A stretch of 64,000 bases of DNA, from IMG/VR virus record IMGVR_UViG_3300044623_001092; one strand, 5' to 3'. The notes below the pieces were generated by a model. That model was not told the DNA's origin. It did no database searches and saw only the letters and a list, made by a program, of their open reading frames with translations. Shown here in pieces: positions 37,231 through 46,275 of the stretch. Position 1 is the stretch's first letter. Each line of letters opens with the position of its first letter. The DNA comes from a virus. The position numbers were made by a program, and so were the translations under genes.

Positions 37231-38121
37231 TTATTTTATTAAGTTTTCATTATCAAAAAAACTATAAACGTTATCAAAATTCCCTCTTATCATTGGGACA
37301 ACCATTGATAGATTACCAGGGTACAGGATGACATGTTTACATTTTGATGCGATAATAACTAATGACAATAATCTTTGTAAATATTCTACCTTACTCATTT
37401 TATATTTCTCATAAAATGTTGTATCACTAACTGAGTTAAGTTTAACGTGAAAACCTTTTAAATCCTCGGAAAATGGTAATTCATCTAATATGTTAATACT
37501 GATTTTACTGTTGAATTCGTTAAAGACAGTGATATCGTCGGTCTGTAATATAATTTTGTTATTTTCTAAATTATTGTCGTTAATTATTTTTAAGTAAGTA
37601 TCCACTGATGGTACATCATTCTCCACAACCTTATCAGTTTTTCTAGCCCAAATAAATACGGTATTATCAAAGTCGATTTTATATTTTTCTAATATGTTTG
37701 TGTATACTTTTTTAGTATCATCAGATAATGAAAAATAAGTTTTAATAACCCGATTAATTATGTCAAAATTTATGTGGTGTTTTTCTCTACCTAAACCTAA
37801 ATGACTTGGTTCTTGATATCTTAAAGTATGTTTAAAAACATTATCTGAAATATCACTTAAATTAATCTTTTCATGGTTAATTTTAAATAACTTCGTATAG
37901 AAATCTAATGTATCATCATATTCGGTTAACGTTAATGAAATATTTTCAGGGGTTAAACCCATATAAATGTATGTCAGTATCCCATATGAACATACACACA
38001 AATTTGAAAATAAACCAGCATGTCTATTTAGATAATATGTGTTATCTAATTTATTATATTCATGAGTACCACCCCATAAATCTAATTTAACTAAGTTTTC
38101 ATTAGAATAAGTTTGTGTCAT
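37231..38121 (-). CDS. NodZ/GT23-like fucosyltransferase, paralog 1
   Basis: AGLFSN, FIWARKTDK, IILQTDD; start set at ATG 38121 (MTQTYS) to match paralog. Confidence 0.6.
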   Translation of the reverse strand: MTQTYSNENLVKLDLWGGTHEYNKLDNTYYLNRHAGLFSNLCVCSYGILTYIYMGLTPENISLTLTEYDDTLDFYTKLFKINHEKINLSDISDNVFKHTLRYQEPSHLGLGREKHHINFDIINRVIKTYFSLSDDTKKVYTNILEKYKIDFDNTVFIWARKTDKVVENDVPSVDTYLKIINDNNLENNKIILQTDDITVFNEFNSKISINILDELPFSEDLKGFHVKLNSVSDTTFYEKYKMSKVEYLQRLLSLVIIASKCKHVILYPGNLSMVVPMIRGNFDNVYSFFDNENLIK

Positions 38122-39028
38122 TTTGAAATAAAAAACAATTTTTATACGTATTTTTATATATTGGGACAACTGTTGCACCACAACCTGGATATATTATACA
38201 TTTTTTTGAGTTTATACCTAATAAAGTTATGCAGATTATTTGGGTGATGTATTCGGATTTATCAATATTAAAATCATTGAAGAACTCATCATCAGGGGTT
38301 TTACTAATTAACCTATGGAAAGAATAACCTTTAGCGAATGGTATTTCATCAAAGTATTCGTAATTAAAATTTAACTCATTAAATTCATCTATCATAGTTT
38401 TATCGTCGGTCTGAATGATTATTCTGTCATTTAATAAATTTTCTTCTTTTAAAATTTCATAATATTTTGTAGCATTAGGTATCGTATTTTCTTCGATTTT
38501 ATCCGTTCTTCTAGCCCAAATGAATACATAATCATCTTTAATAAGACCTTTACTTGAAAACATTTTTTCGAAGTATTCATATACCTTATCGTTTGGTGTG
38601 AAAAATTTTTTAATTATTCTATTAGTTATCTCTAAGTTTAATACAGTACTAAACTTTTCGTCAAAATTTGATTTAGGGTAACCCAACCCAAATTTTGATG
38701 GGTATGAATTATGATAAAAATCGTGAATATCTTCGTTAGATAAATCATCAAATTTTAATTCGTATTCTTCATTTAGATTAAAAAATTGTGGATAGATATC
38801 TTCATACGAATAATCGGTCATTGTTAATTTAAAATTTTTAACTTTATACCCATTAATCGTTAATATATAAATCCCAAACATTGCGACTGTTACATTTGAA
38901 TAAAAACCGCAGTCTCTGGTTATAACAAATGATTCGGTGTCTTTATAGTAAACTTGACTACCACCCCATAAGTCTAAATTTAAAATATTATCTGTATAAT
39001 CTGATATGTAATGTAAGTAATTTGACAT
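38102..39028 (-). CDS. NodZ/GT23-like fucosyltransferase, paralog 2
   Basis: CGFYSN, FIWARRTDK, IIIQTDD; shares LDLWGG and YPG with the adjacent gene. Confidence 0.6.
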   Translation of the reverse strand: MSNYLHYISDYTDNILNLDLWGGSQVYYKDTESFVITRDCGFYSNVTVAMFGIYILTINGYKVKNFKLTMTDYSYEDIYPQFFNLNEEYELKFDDLSNEDIHDFYHNSYPSKFGLGYPKSNFDEKFSTVLNLEITNRIIKKFFTPNDKVYEYFEKMFSSKGLIKDDYVFIWARRTDKIEENTIPNATKYYEILKEENLLNDRIIIQTDDKTMIDEFNELNFNYEYFDEIPFAKGYSFHRLISKTPDDEFFNDFNIDKSEYITQIICITLLGINSKKCIIYPGCGATVVPIYKNTYKNCFLFQNDTNLF

Positions 39029-39031
39029 TTA

Positions 39032-40279
39032 TTATAAGTTTCCTGTTAATCTATCACACCACCCTTTTGATTGACTATGAGGCCAAACAACCCAATGACT
39101 TGGTTTATGTGTTGTTTGAAATTGTCTCCATACTTTACAATAACCGTCAGGGTCATTTTTCATATTTCTAATTTCATTTTGGTCAGCATCTTGTCTATGT
39201 ATTGTTTCATCGTTCTCATCGTGGAACGCTACTACCCAAAAATCATAATCATCTTCAGGAACACTATCGTAACCAATATCAATACAATGTTTGAAGATAC
39301 TAGCAAAACTACTTAACCATTCTTCTTCCGACTCAAAAATTTGAGGATTTGGAGGATATTGTTTATCTAAAGTATGTTGTTGTACTGCTCTTTTTGAAAA
39401 TAATAAACCCGAATAAATTTCGTATTCTTTTAATGTACGTTCAGTCCCAAAACCGTATTGACCAAATTCTAATGTTACTTCTTCACCATCCATTCCGAAT
39501 AGTTGTCTATTTTTTGAGTGTGATATACTATTTTTGGTCCCCCAATCTTTATCATCGTCCCATTGTTTTGTTCTCCCCTTACGAGTATATTCGTGCCAAA
39601 CAACGACTTTATGTGGGTGGAATAAATCGTATCCGTGAGTATATGCTCTTGCAGCGATTGAAATCTCTTCACCATGGAAATAAAATTCAGGGTCATGTTG
39701 TACCTCAGTACTGAATTGACCAACAGTAAATGCGAAATGCGCTGAGTAGAATCTTGATGTTACAGGTTCTTTTAGTTTTTCCCAACTTGGTATTGTTTCA
39801 GGTAAGAAAAATACCGCACCTTCAGGAATGAATCTGTCAAACGCCATTCTCCATGGTTCTTTAATTCGTTCTGCGGGGTCATTTTCAGGATTGAATGAAG
39901 AAACATATCCCGTTAAAAGAGGTTTTTCAAAACCTTTCTTTTGAAGTTGTTTAATCATTTTAATTAATGTGTCGTCCCAATCCTTTTCAAATCTCATATG
40001 TGAGTCAATTTGAAGAGTATATTCCTCACCACCATATAATTGTTGAACTTGATTTCTTGCCCAACAAACACCTTTAGATTCAGAATATAAAACATCCGTA
40101 ACTCTAAAACGTTTATCTTTACTATATTCCTCTAACGAATCAAATCCGTCTTCAGGATGATATTGTCGACAAATACCAATAACCAAATTTTTCGGTCTTT
40201 TAGCATTTTCAATCATACTTTTAATGGTTGGGACTAATTGGGGGTCTCTATACGAGGCAATTTGAATAAAAATTTTCAT
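39032..40279 (-). CDS. GT60-family polypeptide/hydroxyproline alpha-GlcNAc transferase (Gnt1/TcOGNT-like, Pfam GlcNAc)
   Basis: IFIQIASYRDP, A..P..L.IGI..Q, SKGVCWAR, LQIDSHMRF..DWD, FHGEEI..AR.YT.GYD, HEY, GFGTERTL.EY. Confidence 0.85.
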   Translation of the reverse strand: MKIFIQIASYRDPQLVPTIKSMIENAKRPKNLVIGICRQYHPEDGFDSLEEYSKDKRFRVTDVLYSESKGVCWARNQVQQLYGGEEYTLQIDSHMRFEKDWDDTLIKMIKQLQKKGFEKPLLTGYVSSFNPENDPAERIKEPWRMAFDRFIPEGAVFFLPETIPSWEKLKEPVTSRFYSAHFAFTVGQFSTEVQHDPEFYFHGEEISIAARAYTHGYDLFHPHKVVVWHEYTRKGRTKQWDDDKDWGTKNSISHSKNRQLFGMDGEEVTLEFGQYGFGTERTLKEYEIYSGLLFSKRAVQQHTLDKQYPPNPQIFESEEEWLSSFASIFKHCIDIGYDSVPEDDYDFWVVAFHDENDETIHRQDADQNEIRNMKNDPDGYCKVWRQFQTTHKPSHWVVWPHSQSKGWCDRLTGNL

Positions 40280-40340
40280 ATAATATTAATTTTATAAAAA
40301 AAATAATATTATAACCTAAAAAATAAACGTAAAATAAAAA

Positions 40341-40802
40341 TTAAATACAATAAGTCCCTATGGTTATTACGATACCTTCATCAGACGATGGTGTTTTACC
40401 GCAAACGTATATTTCGGTGGATGGGTTTAAAGTACTATTAACCATAATACTATTACAATTAATAAAGTTATACATTAAAAAACTTAATGTTGGATTATTA
40501 AATGTTATATTATGACACGAGTTAGGGGTGGGTGTTGGTGTTGGTGTCATTGTCGGAGTCATTGTTGGTGTTGGGGTTGGGGGGCATGCCACATATTGAA
40601 AGGTTTCACAACCTGATGAATCAATAATTTTAATTAATAAACTATTAACACCATTAAGTTGTGACGGTATATTAATATATAAATAAGGTGGAACTGAAAC
40701 AACTCCTGTCTCAACAGTATAACAATAAGTATTTGTTATATCACATATAATAATGTCGTAAGGTGAATGACCTGTTACACCTGAAATTTCAATAATTTGC
40801 AT
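40341..40802 (-). CDS. small putative virion protein with PT-repeat linker
   Basis: two Cys-containing beta domains joined by CPPTPTPTMTPTMTPTPTPTP; late motif upstream. Confidence 0.65.
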   Translation of the reverse strand: MQIIEISGVTGHSPYDIIICDITNTYCYTVETGVVSVPPYLYINIPSQLNGVNSLLIKIIDSSGCETFQYVACPPTPTPTMTPTMTPTPTPTPNSCHNITFNNPTLSFLMYNFINCNSIMVNSTLNPSTEIYVCGKTPSSDEGIVITIGTYCI

Positions 40803-40811
40803 AATCTTCAG

Positions 40812-40819
40812 TATAAATA
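40812..40819 (-). promoter_or_regulatory. late promoter motif TATTTATA
   Basis: 9 nt upstream of ATG 40802. Confidence 0.6.
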
Positions 40820-40831
40820 TAATTCAACATA

Positions 40832-43375
40832 TTAATTATTAAACTGTAATAATATACCACCACTTCCATTTTGAAGAGTTAATCGACTACCATCTTGTAA
40901 TAACAACACACTAAAAATAGTTGTTGGTGTTACTGTCATTGTTGGAGTAACTGTCATTGTTGGTGTAACAGATGGCGTAGGCGTATTAGTTGGTGTTTCA
41001 GTTACTGTTGGTGTAGGTGTGTTAGTTGGTGTTTCAGTTACACTTGGAGTTATTGATGAAGTAGGTGTTTGTGTCGGAGTATCCGTTACTGTTGGTGTAG
41101 GTGTTTGTGTTGGAGTTTCAGTTATACTTGGTGTAGGTGTTTGTGTTGGTGTCTCAGTTACTGTTGGTGTAGGAGTGTTAGTTGGTGTTTCAGTAACGGT
41201 ATTCGTAGGGGTATTGGTTGGGGTCTCAGTTACTGTAGGTGTTGGTGTTTCAGTTGGAGTGTTGGTTGGTGTTTCTGTATTAGTTGGTGTTGGAGTGTTG
41301 GTTGGTGTTTCTGTATTAGTTGGTGTATTAGTCGGAGTTTCAGTAACACTTGGTGTTGGGGTATTAGTAGGTGTTTCAGTATTTGTCGGTGTTTGAGTTG
41401 GCGTAGGGGTTTCAGTGTTAGTCGGAGTGTTAGTCGGAGTCTCAGTTACGGTAGGTGTTGGAGTTGGAGTTTCAGTTGGTGTGTTAGTAGGTGTTTCGGT
41501 TACAGTTGGTGTTGGAGTTTCAGTTGGAGTATTAGTTGGTGTTTCAGTTACACTCGGTGTAGGGGTACTAGTAGGTGTTTCAGTATTAGTAGGGGTGTTG
41601 GTCGGTGTTTCAGTTGGAGTATTAGTTACAGTTGATGTTGGGGTGTTAGTTGGTGTTTCAGTATTAGTAGGTGTTTGAGTTGGAGTTTCGGTTACGGTGG
41701 GTGTAGGTGTTTGAGTTGGGGTTTCGGTTACGGTAGGTGTTGGTGTGTTAGTTGGGGTATTAGTTGGTGTTTCAGTTACAGTTGGTGTTGGTGTTTCAGT
41801 TGGAGTCTCAGTTACTGTAGGTGTTGGGGTACTAGTTGGAGTCTCAGTATTAGTTGGTGTATTAGTCGGAGTTTCAGTAACACTTGGAGTAGGTGTACTA
41901 GTCGGTGTTTCAGTATTAGTTGGGGTGTTAGTTGGCGTTTCAGTTGGGGTGTTAGTTGGCGTTTCAGTAACAGTTGGTGTTGGGGTCTCAGTATTAGTTG
42001 GTGTATTAGTTGGGGTAGGTGTGCTAGTCGGTGTTTCAGTATTAGTTGGAGTGTTAGTTGGTGTTTCAGTAACTGTTGGAGTTGGAGTTTCGGTAGGTGT
42101 TTCGGTAACCGTTGGAGTAGGTGTTTGAGTCGGAGTGTTGGTTGGTGTTTCAGTAACAGTTGGTGTAGGCGTTTCAGTTGGAGTTTCAGTATTTGTTGGT
42201 GTGTTAGTAGGGGTCTCAGTAACAGTTGATGTAGGCGTTTGTGTTGGAGTTTCGGTAACAGTTGATGTTGGGGTATTAGTTGGGGTTTCTGTTACGGTAT
42301 TAGTTGGCGTGTTAGTCGGTGTTTCGGTTACGGTATTAGTTGGCGTATTTGTTGGTGTTTCAGTGTTAGTCGGTGTTGGTGTTTGTGTTGGAGTTTCGGT
42401 AATAGTAGGTGTCACAGTATTGGTTGGGGTAACGGTATTAGTTGGGGTAACAGTACTCGTTTGTGTTGGGGTTTGTGTTGGAGTTTGTGTTGGTGTTTCT
42501 GTTACGGTAGGTGTTGGAGTATTAGTCGGTGTTTCTGTATTTGTTGGTGTGTTAGTCGGTGTTTCTGTATTTGTTGGTGTGTTAGTCGGTGTTTCTGTAT
42601 TTGTTGGTGTGTTAGTCGGTGTTTCTGTGTTAGTTGGTGTTGGTGTATTGGTAGGTGTTTCGGTAATAGTCTGCGTAGGAGTTTGAGTAGGTGTATCAGT
42701 TATTGTTGGTGTATTTGTTGGTGTTTGTGTTGGGGTTTCAGTATTAGTTTGTGTTGGTGTGGAAGTATTCGTTGGCGTAGGAATATTAACAGTTATTGTT
42801 GGAGTTTGTGTCGGGGTGTTTGTTGGGGTATTTGTTTGAGTATTTGTTTGAGTATTTGTTGGGGTATTTGTTTGAGTGGGTGTTTGTGTTGGTGTTTGAG
42901 TTTTAGTAGGTGTATTGGTCGGTGTATTAGTTGATGTTACGGTCTTTGTTGGTGTTGGTGTTCTAGTTATTAAACAAGGGTTTAATGTTTTTGTTGGTGT
43001 TTGTGTTTGTGTTGGAGTTTGTGTTTGTGTTGGAGTATTAGTGGGTGTTTTAGTTAATAAACAAGGATTTAATGTTGGTGTTGATGTTGGTGTTTTAGTA
43101 TTAGTTGGTGTAGGTGTTTTAGTATTAGTCGGCGTAGGTGTTACTGTTGGTGTTGGTCTATAAACATTTAAAAAATTAGGACAATCACTACCTTCAACTA
43201 ATATAGTATATGTACCATAAACCTCTCTTGAAGGAATTAATAAAGAAGGTTCAAAATCGAAAGGTAATTCAACATCACCTAAATTAATAGTAATAACATC
43301 ATTGTCTGGTTTAAAAAGAATATTAGCAATTTCCCCATCATAGTTGATACTACTTATCGTTATTATTTGAGACAT
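40832..43375 (-). CDS. mucin-like Thr/Pro repeat protein
   Basis: 847 aa; about 70-aa globular N-terminus, about 750 aa of TPT(N/Q/E/V/S) repeats, short C-terminal [14 protein letters not shown] motif. Confidence 0.8.
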   Translation of the reverse strand: MSQIITISSINYDGEIANILFKPDNDVITINLGDVELPFDFEPSLLIPSREVYGTYTILVEGSDCPNFLNVYRPTPTVTPTPTNTKTPTPTNTKTPTSTPTLNPCLLTKTPTNTPTQTQTPTQTQTPTKTLNPCLITRTPTPTKTVTSTNTPTNTPTKTQTPTQTPTQTNTPTNTQTNTQTNTPTNTPTQTPTITVNIPTPTNTSTPTQTNTETPTQTPTNTPTITDTPTQTPTQTITETPTNTPTPTNTETPTNTPTNTETPTNTPTNTETPTNTPTNTETPTNTPTPTVTETPTQTPTQTPTQTSTVTPTNTVTPTNTVTPTITETPTQTPTPTNTETPTNTPTNTVTETPTNTPTNTVTETPTNTPTSTVTETPTQTPTSTVTETPTNTPTNTETPTETPTPTVTETPTNTPTQTPTPTVTETPTETPTPTVTETPTNTPTNTETPTSTPTPTNTPTNTETPTPTVTETPTNTPTETPTNTPTNTETPTSTPTPSVTETPTNTPTNTETPTSTPTPTVTETPTETPTPTVTETPTNTPTNTPTPTVTETPTQTPTPTVTETPTQTPTNTETPTNTPTSTVTNTPTETPTNTPTNTETPTSTPTPSVTETPTNTPTETPTPTVTETPTNTPTETPTPTPTVTETPTNTPTNTETPTPTQTPTNTETPTNTPTPSVTETPTNTPTNTETPTNTPTPTNTETPTNTPTETPTPTVTETPTNTPTNTVTETPTNTPTPTVTETPTQTPTPSITETPTQTPTPTVTDTPTQTPTSSITPSVTETPTNTPTPTVTETPTNTPTPSVTPTMTVTPTMTVTPTTIFSVLLLQDGSRLTLQNGSGGILLQFNN
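40920..43160. repeat. degenerate coding tandem repeat array (TPTN/TETP)
   Basis: recurring gttggtgt(t/a) units with 6/12/24-nt periodicity and synonymous variation. Confidence 0.9.
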
Positions 43376-43392
43376 TCTCTATTTTTAATTTT

Positions 43393-46224
43393 TTAAAATT
43401 TATTTTCAATCGCTAGACAAACTTCACCGTTTTCTCTGATTAATCTAGCCATATCAGTAAATGATATATAAGCGTGACCTGATTTACCCCAAGTTTTACC
43501 CCAACTATTCTTAATTCTAAATAACTTTGTGTTTCTGTCAACACCATTTATAATATACGCGTGTCCGCCAACAACTCTACCTAAAACTCTAATAACACCA
43601 TTTCTGTCGGGAGTAAACATTGATGAATACCATTTAGTACCAACAACAACAGGTCCTTTAGTTAAAACGGTGTCAATCAATACATTAATATCGTATGTCC
43701 ATAAATATGATGAAATTCTATTTGTAGTTCTCAAATATTTGGCGGCACCTCTTACTGATGTACCGTCATAATTCTCACCAACCCACTCATCAACCTTTTG
43801 GGCTTCACGATAAATTAATGTTGGTGGAACAATAGGTGCGACACCATCATGTCCAACAGGACCATCTTCAATCCAATGAGCCCAAGCATAACCAACACAT
43901 TGAGGTGTCTTACCTTGATTACCCCACCATCCATTAGCGTCCCAATATTTGGAAGTTAAAATGGTTTTTGGTAACGTTAATTTATTTTCTATTAAATATT
44001 TTTTATCACGTTCATCAGGTATAAAAACACGACCTAAAGAATATGGTGTAATTAAATTATTTTCATTTGATTCACTAATGACATATGTGAAATCGTTAAT
44101 CTCACAGAAACTAGTAGAACAATCAGGACAATCAGGATTAAACATTTCAAATTTCTGATTTAATATCTTGAAATTATGTTTAACTTCAGGTGCCGACAAT
44201 GGTTCAGTATACATTCTGAATTGTGAAATCGCACCTTCGAATGTACCTGCAAAATTTTGTTCGATTAATATGTTAGTTTTTAAACCATTAAAAGTTGTAC
44301 CCGTTAAATCATTAGTTGGTAAACATTCTGGGTCTTGAACATATGGGCCAAATGGTTGTGTCGTTGAAGAAAATGTTAAATTTTCACGTAAACCTTGAGT
44401 TCCTCCACCCCATGAAACATTAAATGGTACACCGACTTGTTTTTCTTTGTCAGTACTTAATGCTCTTGGAATAACTTCTTCAAAATCTTCAATAGTATCA
44501 AATATCTGACCATTAATGTAAATTTTTAATCTACCTTTTCGATATTTTGAACTTGTTATCCATTTATCGTTCATTCTAACTAACTCAATTAATTCCGCAA
44601 CTTTACCATTTTCAGAGGTGTAAGGAACGGTAATTAATGACGTTGTATTATTTGCTAATGACTCTAAATATTCTTCTTTGGTTATATCACTTAATCCACC
44701 ACGATAAAACAAATCACAATCATCTAACCAAGTATAACGTTCCCAAACAAAATTTACTTGGAACCAGTGTTCTTCATTTAACCACGCAGGATTTTCTTTT
44801 AAACATCTTGGGTATATTGGTGGGGTACAATAATCAAATACGGTGTATCCTGTAACAAATGTTACCCCTGTTGTAGAACAAGTACCAGTAGTTTCACAAT
44901 CACCTGTTATCCTTAACGCTCTTACCCCTATTTGAGGGTTTTTAGGGTCACCACATAATCTAAATGATAATGCGTTTGATAACGAATCAAATAGTGGGTC
45001 AGATTCACAAGTATTTTCAATAGATGTAAATCCTGTGTAAACACAATCACAATCATGACAAGTATCACATGTTGTACATGTTGGTGTACATGTTGGTGTT
45101 ACAATACAACCATCGGGTGTTGGGGTTGGTGAAGGTGTTGGAGTTGGTGTTGGGTAGATAACTGTTGAACATTCATGTTTTTGGCATTCCCATCCACATG
45201 TTTTACATTCAGACTCATAACATCCACAACCACATGTTAATTTTAATTTTTGATTTCCATTACAAATATCACAACCATAATTTACATGAGGGTCATGTTG
45301 ATTATTAATTGACCTTGGAGGGTAAACATAGAGACAACGACTATTAGTGATTGTTTTATTACAACAAGCACAAGTTTCTAATTTAGTTAATCCTGAAGTA
45401 ATTCTGGTGTATCCTGTAAAACAATTAGGTGTACCATCGGCATGGTGATAAAATTTATTTTCGGCTCTCGCCCCAATATAGAAAAAGGTATTTTTATTTT
45501 GGGGGTATATTTCGTTTAATGTTGTCTCACCAACACCTGGTTGGTATTCGTTAAATAACCTTGGTTTTAATAACATTTCAACGGACCAACCTTTATTCAT
45601 CCTGTTAGGGAAAATATCGTAATCATAACCAAATAATTTATAAAATCCTTGATAAAAACCACCGTATAATTCATGGTACTTACCCACATACGGATTGTCT
45701 TTACTAACAACTTCGTATAATATTGTTTTGTTAAACCCTGAGAATCTAATATTAGGTGAACTAGTGTTACCTGTTACTTGGAATAATTTTAAACGTCTAT
45801 CAAAATTTAAACGTTCAAATTTTTGACTATCATTAAATAACCCATCAGTAAAATTAATTGTTTCACCTGTCATTTTATCAACAAGACCATTATCAATACC
45901 TGTTAACCCAATATCACAAGATGAATGACCTGTAAAACAAGTTAAATCAGTATTGTCGGGATTATAAAAGTTTTGAGAAACAAATATGTTATTTTGATTA
46001 TAATTTTTATATGTTAAAGACAACCCCTGAGATGTTAAAGGATTATCAATATCAAAATAGAATGGTAACTTATTACCGTATGTCTGAGCAATCAAATATG
46101 GGGAGAAAACAACCTCTTGATTGTACCCCTGTTCATCTGATGTTAATGACATATCATATGACTCATTAATGAGTTTTACACCCCAATTTGGATAAACATA
46201 TTGATTAATATTTTGACTCGCCAT
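43393..46224 (-). CDS. multidomain putative virion protein: LamG-like region, Cys-rich/PT linker, C-terminal papain-like (C1A) peptidase
   Basis: FEGAISQFRMY..PLS..EV..NF (LamG end); NQGKTPQCVGYA, GGHAY, KNSWG..WG. Confidence 0.75.
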   Translation of the reverse strand: MASQNINQYVYPNWGVKLINESYDMSLTSDEQGYNQEVVFSPYLIAQTYGNKLPFYFDIDNPLTSQGLSLTYKNYNQNNIFVSQNFYNPDNTDLTCFTGHSSCDIGLTGIDNGLVDKMTGETINFTDGLFNDSQKFERLNFDRRLKLFQVTGNTSSPNIRFSGFNKTILYEVVSKDNPYVGKYHELYGGFYQGFYKLFGYDYDIFPNRMNKGWSVEMLLKPRLFNEYQPGVGETTLNEIYPQNKNTFFYIGARAENKFYHHADGTPNCFTGYTRITSGLTKLETCACCNKTITNSRCLYVYPPRSINNQHDPHVNYGCDICNGNQKLKLTCGCGCYESECKTCGWECQKHECSTVIYPTPTPTPSPTPTPDGCIVTPTCTPTCTTCDTCHDCDCVYTGFTSIENTCESDPLFDSLSNALSFRLCGDPKNPQIGVRALRITGDCETTGTCSTTGVTFVTGYTVFDYCTPPIYPRCLKENPAWLNEEHWFQVNFVWERYTWLDDCDLFYRGGLSDITKEEYLESLANNTTSLITVPYTSENGKVAELIELVRMNDKWITSSKYRKGRLKIYINGQIFDTIEDFEEVIPRALSTDKEKQVGVPFNVSWGGGTQGLRENLTFSSTTQPFGPYVQDPECLPTNDLTGTTFNGLKTNILIEQNFAGTFEGAISQFRMYTEPLSAPEVKHNFKILNQKFEMFNPDCPDCSTSFCEINDFTYVISESNENNLITPYSLGRVFIPDERDKKYLIENKLTLPKTILTSKYWDANGWWGNQGKTPQCVGYAWAHWIEDGPVGHDGVAPIVPPTLIYREAQKVDEWVGENYDGTSVRGAAKYLRTTNRISSYLWTYDINVLIDTVLTKGPVVVGTKWYSSMFTPDRNGVIRVLGRVVGGHAYIINGVDRNTKLFRIKNSWGKTWGKSGHAYISFTDMARLIRENGEVCLAIENKF

Positions 46225-46233
46225 CTTTTTTAA

Positions 46234-46262
46234 GATAAATACTCTAAAACGAAGTATTTATT
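46234..46262. promoter_or_regulatory. divergent pair of late promoter motifs
   Basis: TATTTATC on minus (46234-46241) and TATTTATT on plus (46255-46262), each facing its own gene. Confidence 0.55.
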
Positions 46263-46275
46263 ATAAAAAAACAGT

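Noticed and set aside
31871-43160. Tandem repeats as possible CRISPR arrays
   Set aside because: Units are contiguous, in-frame coding repeats without unique spacers; no cas genes seen
41019-43163. Plus-strand VGVSV and Cys/Trp-rich ORFs
   Set aside because: Antisense shadows of the TPT repeat gene, with no independent starts or promoters
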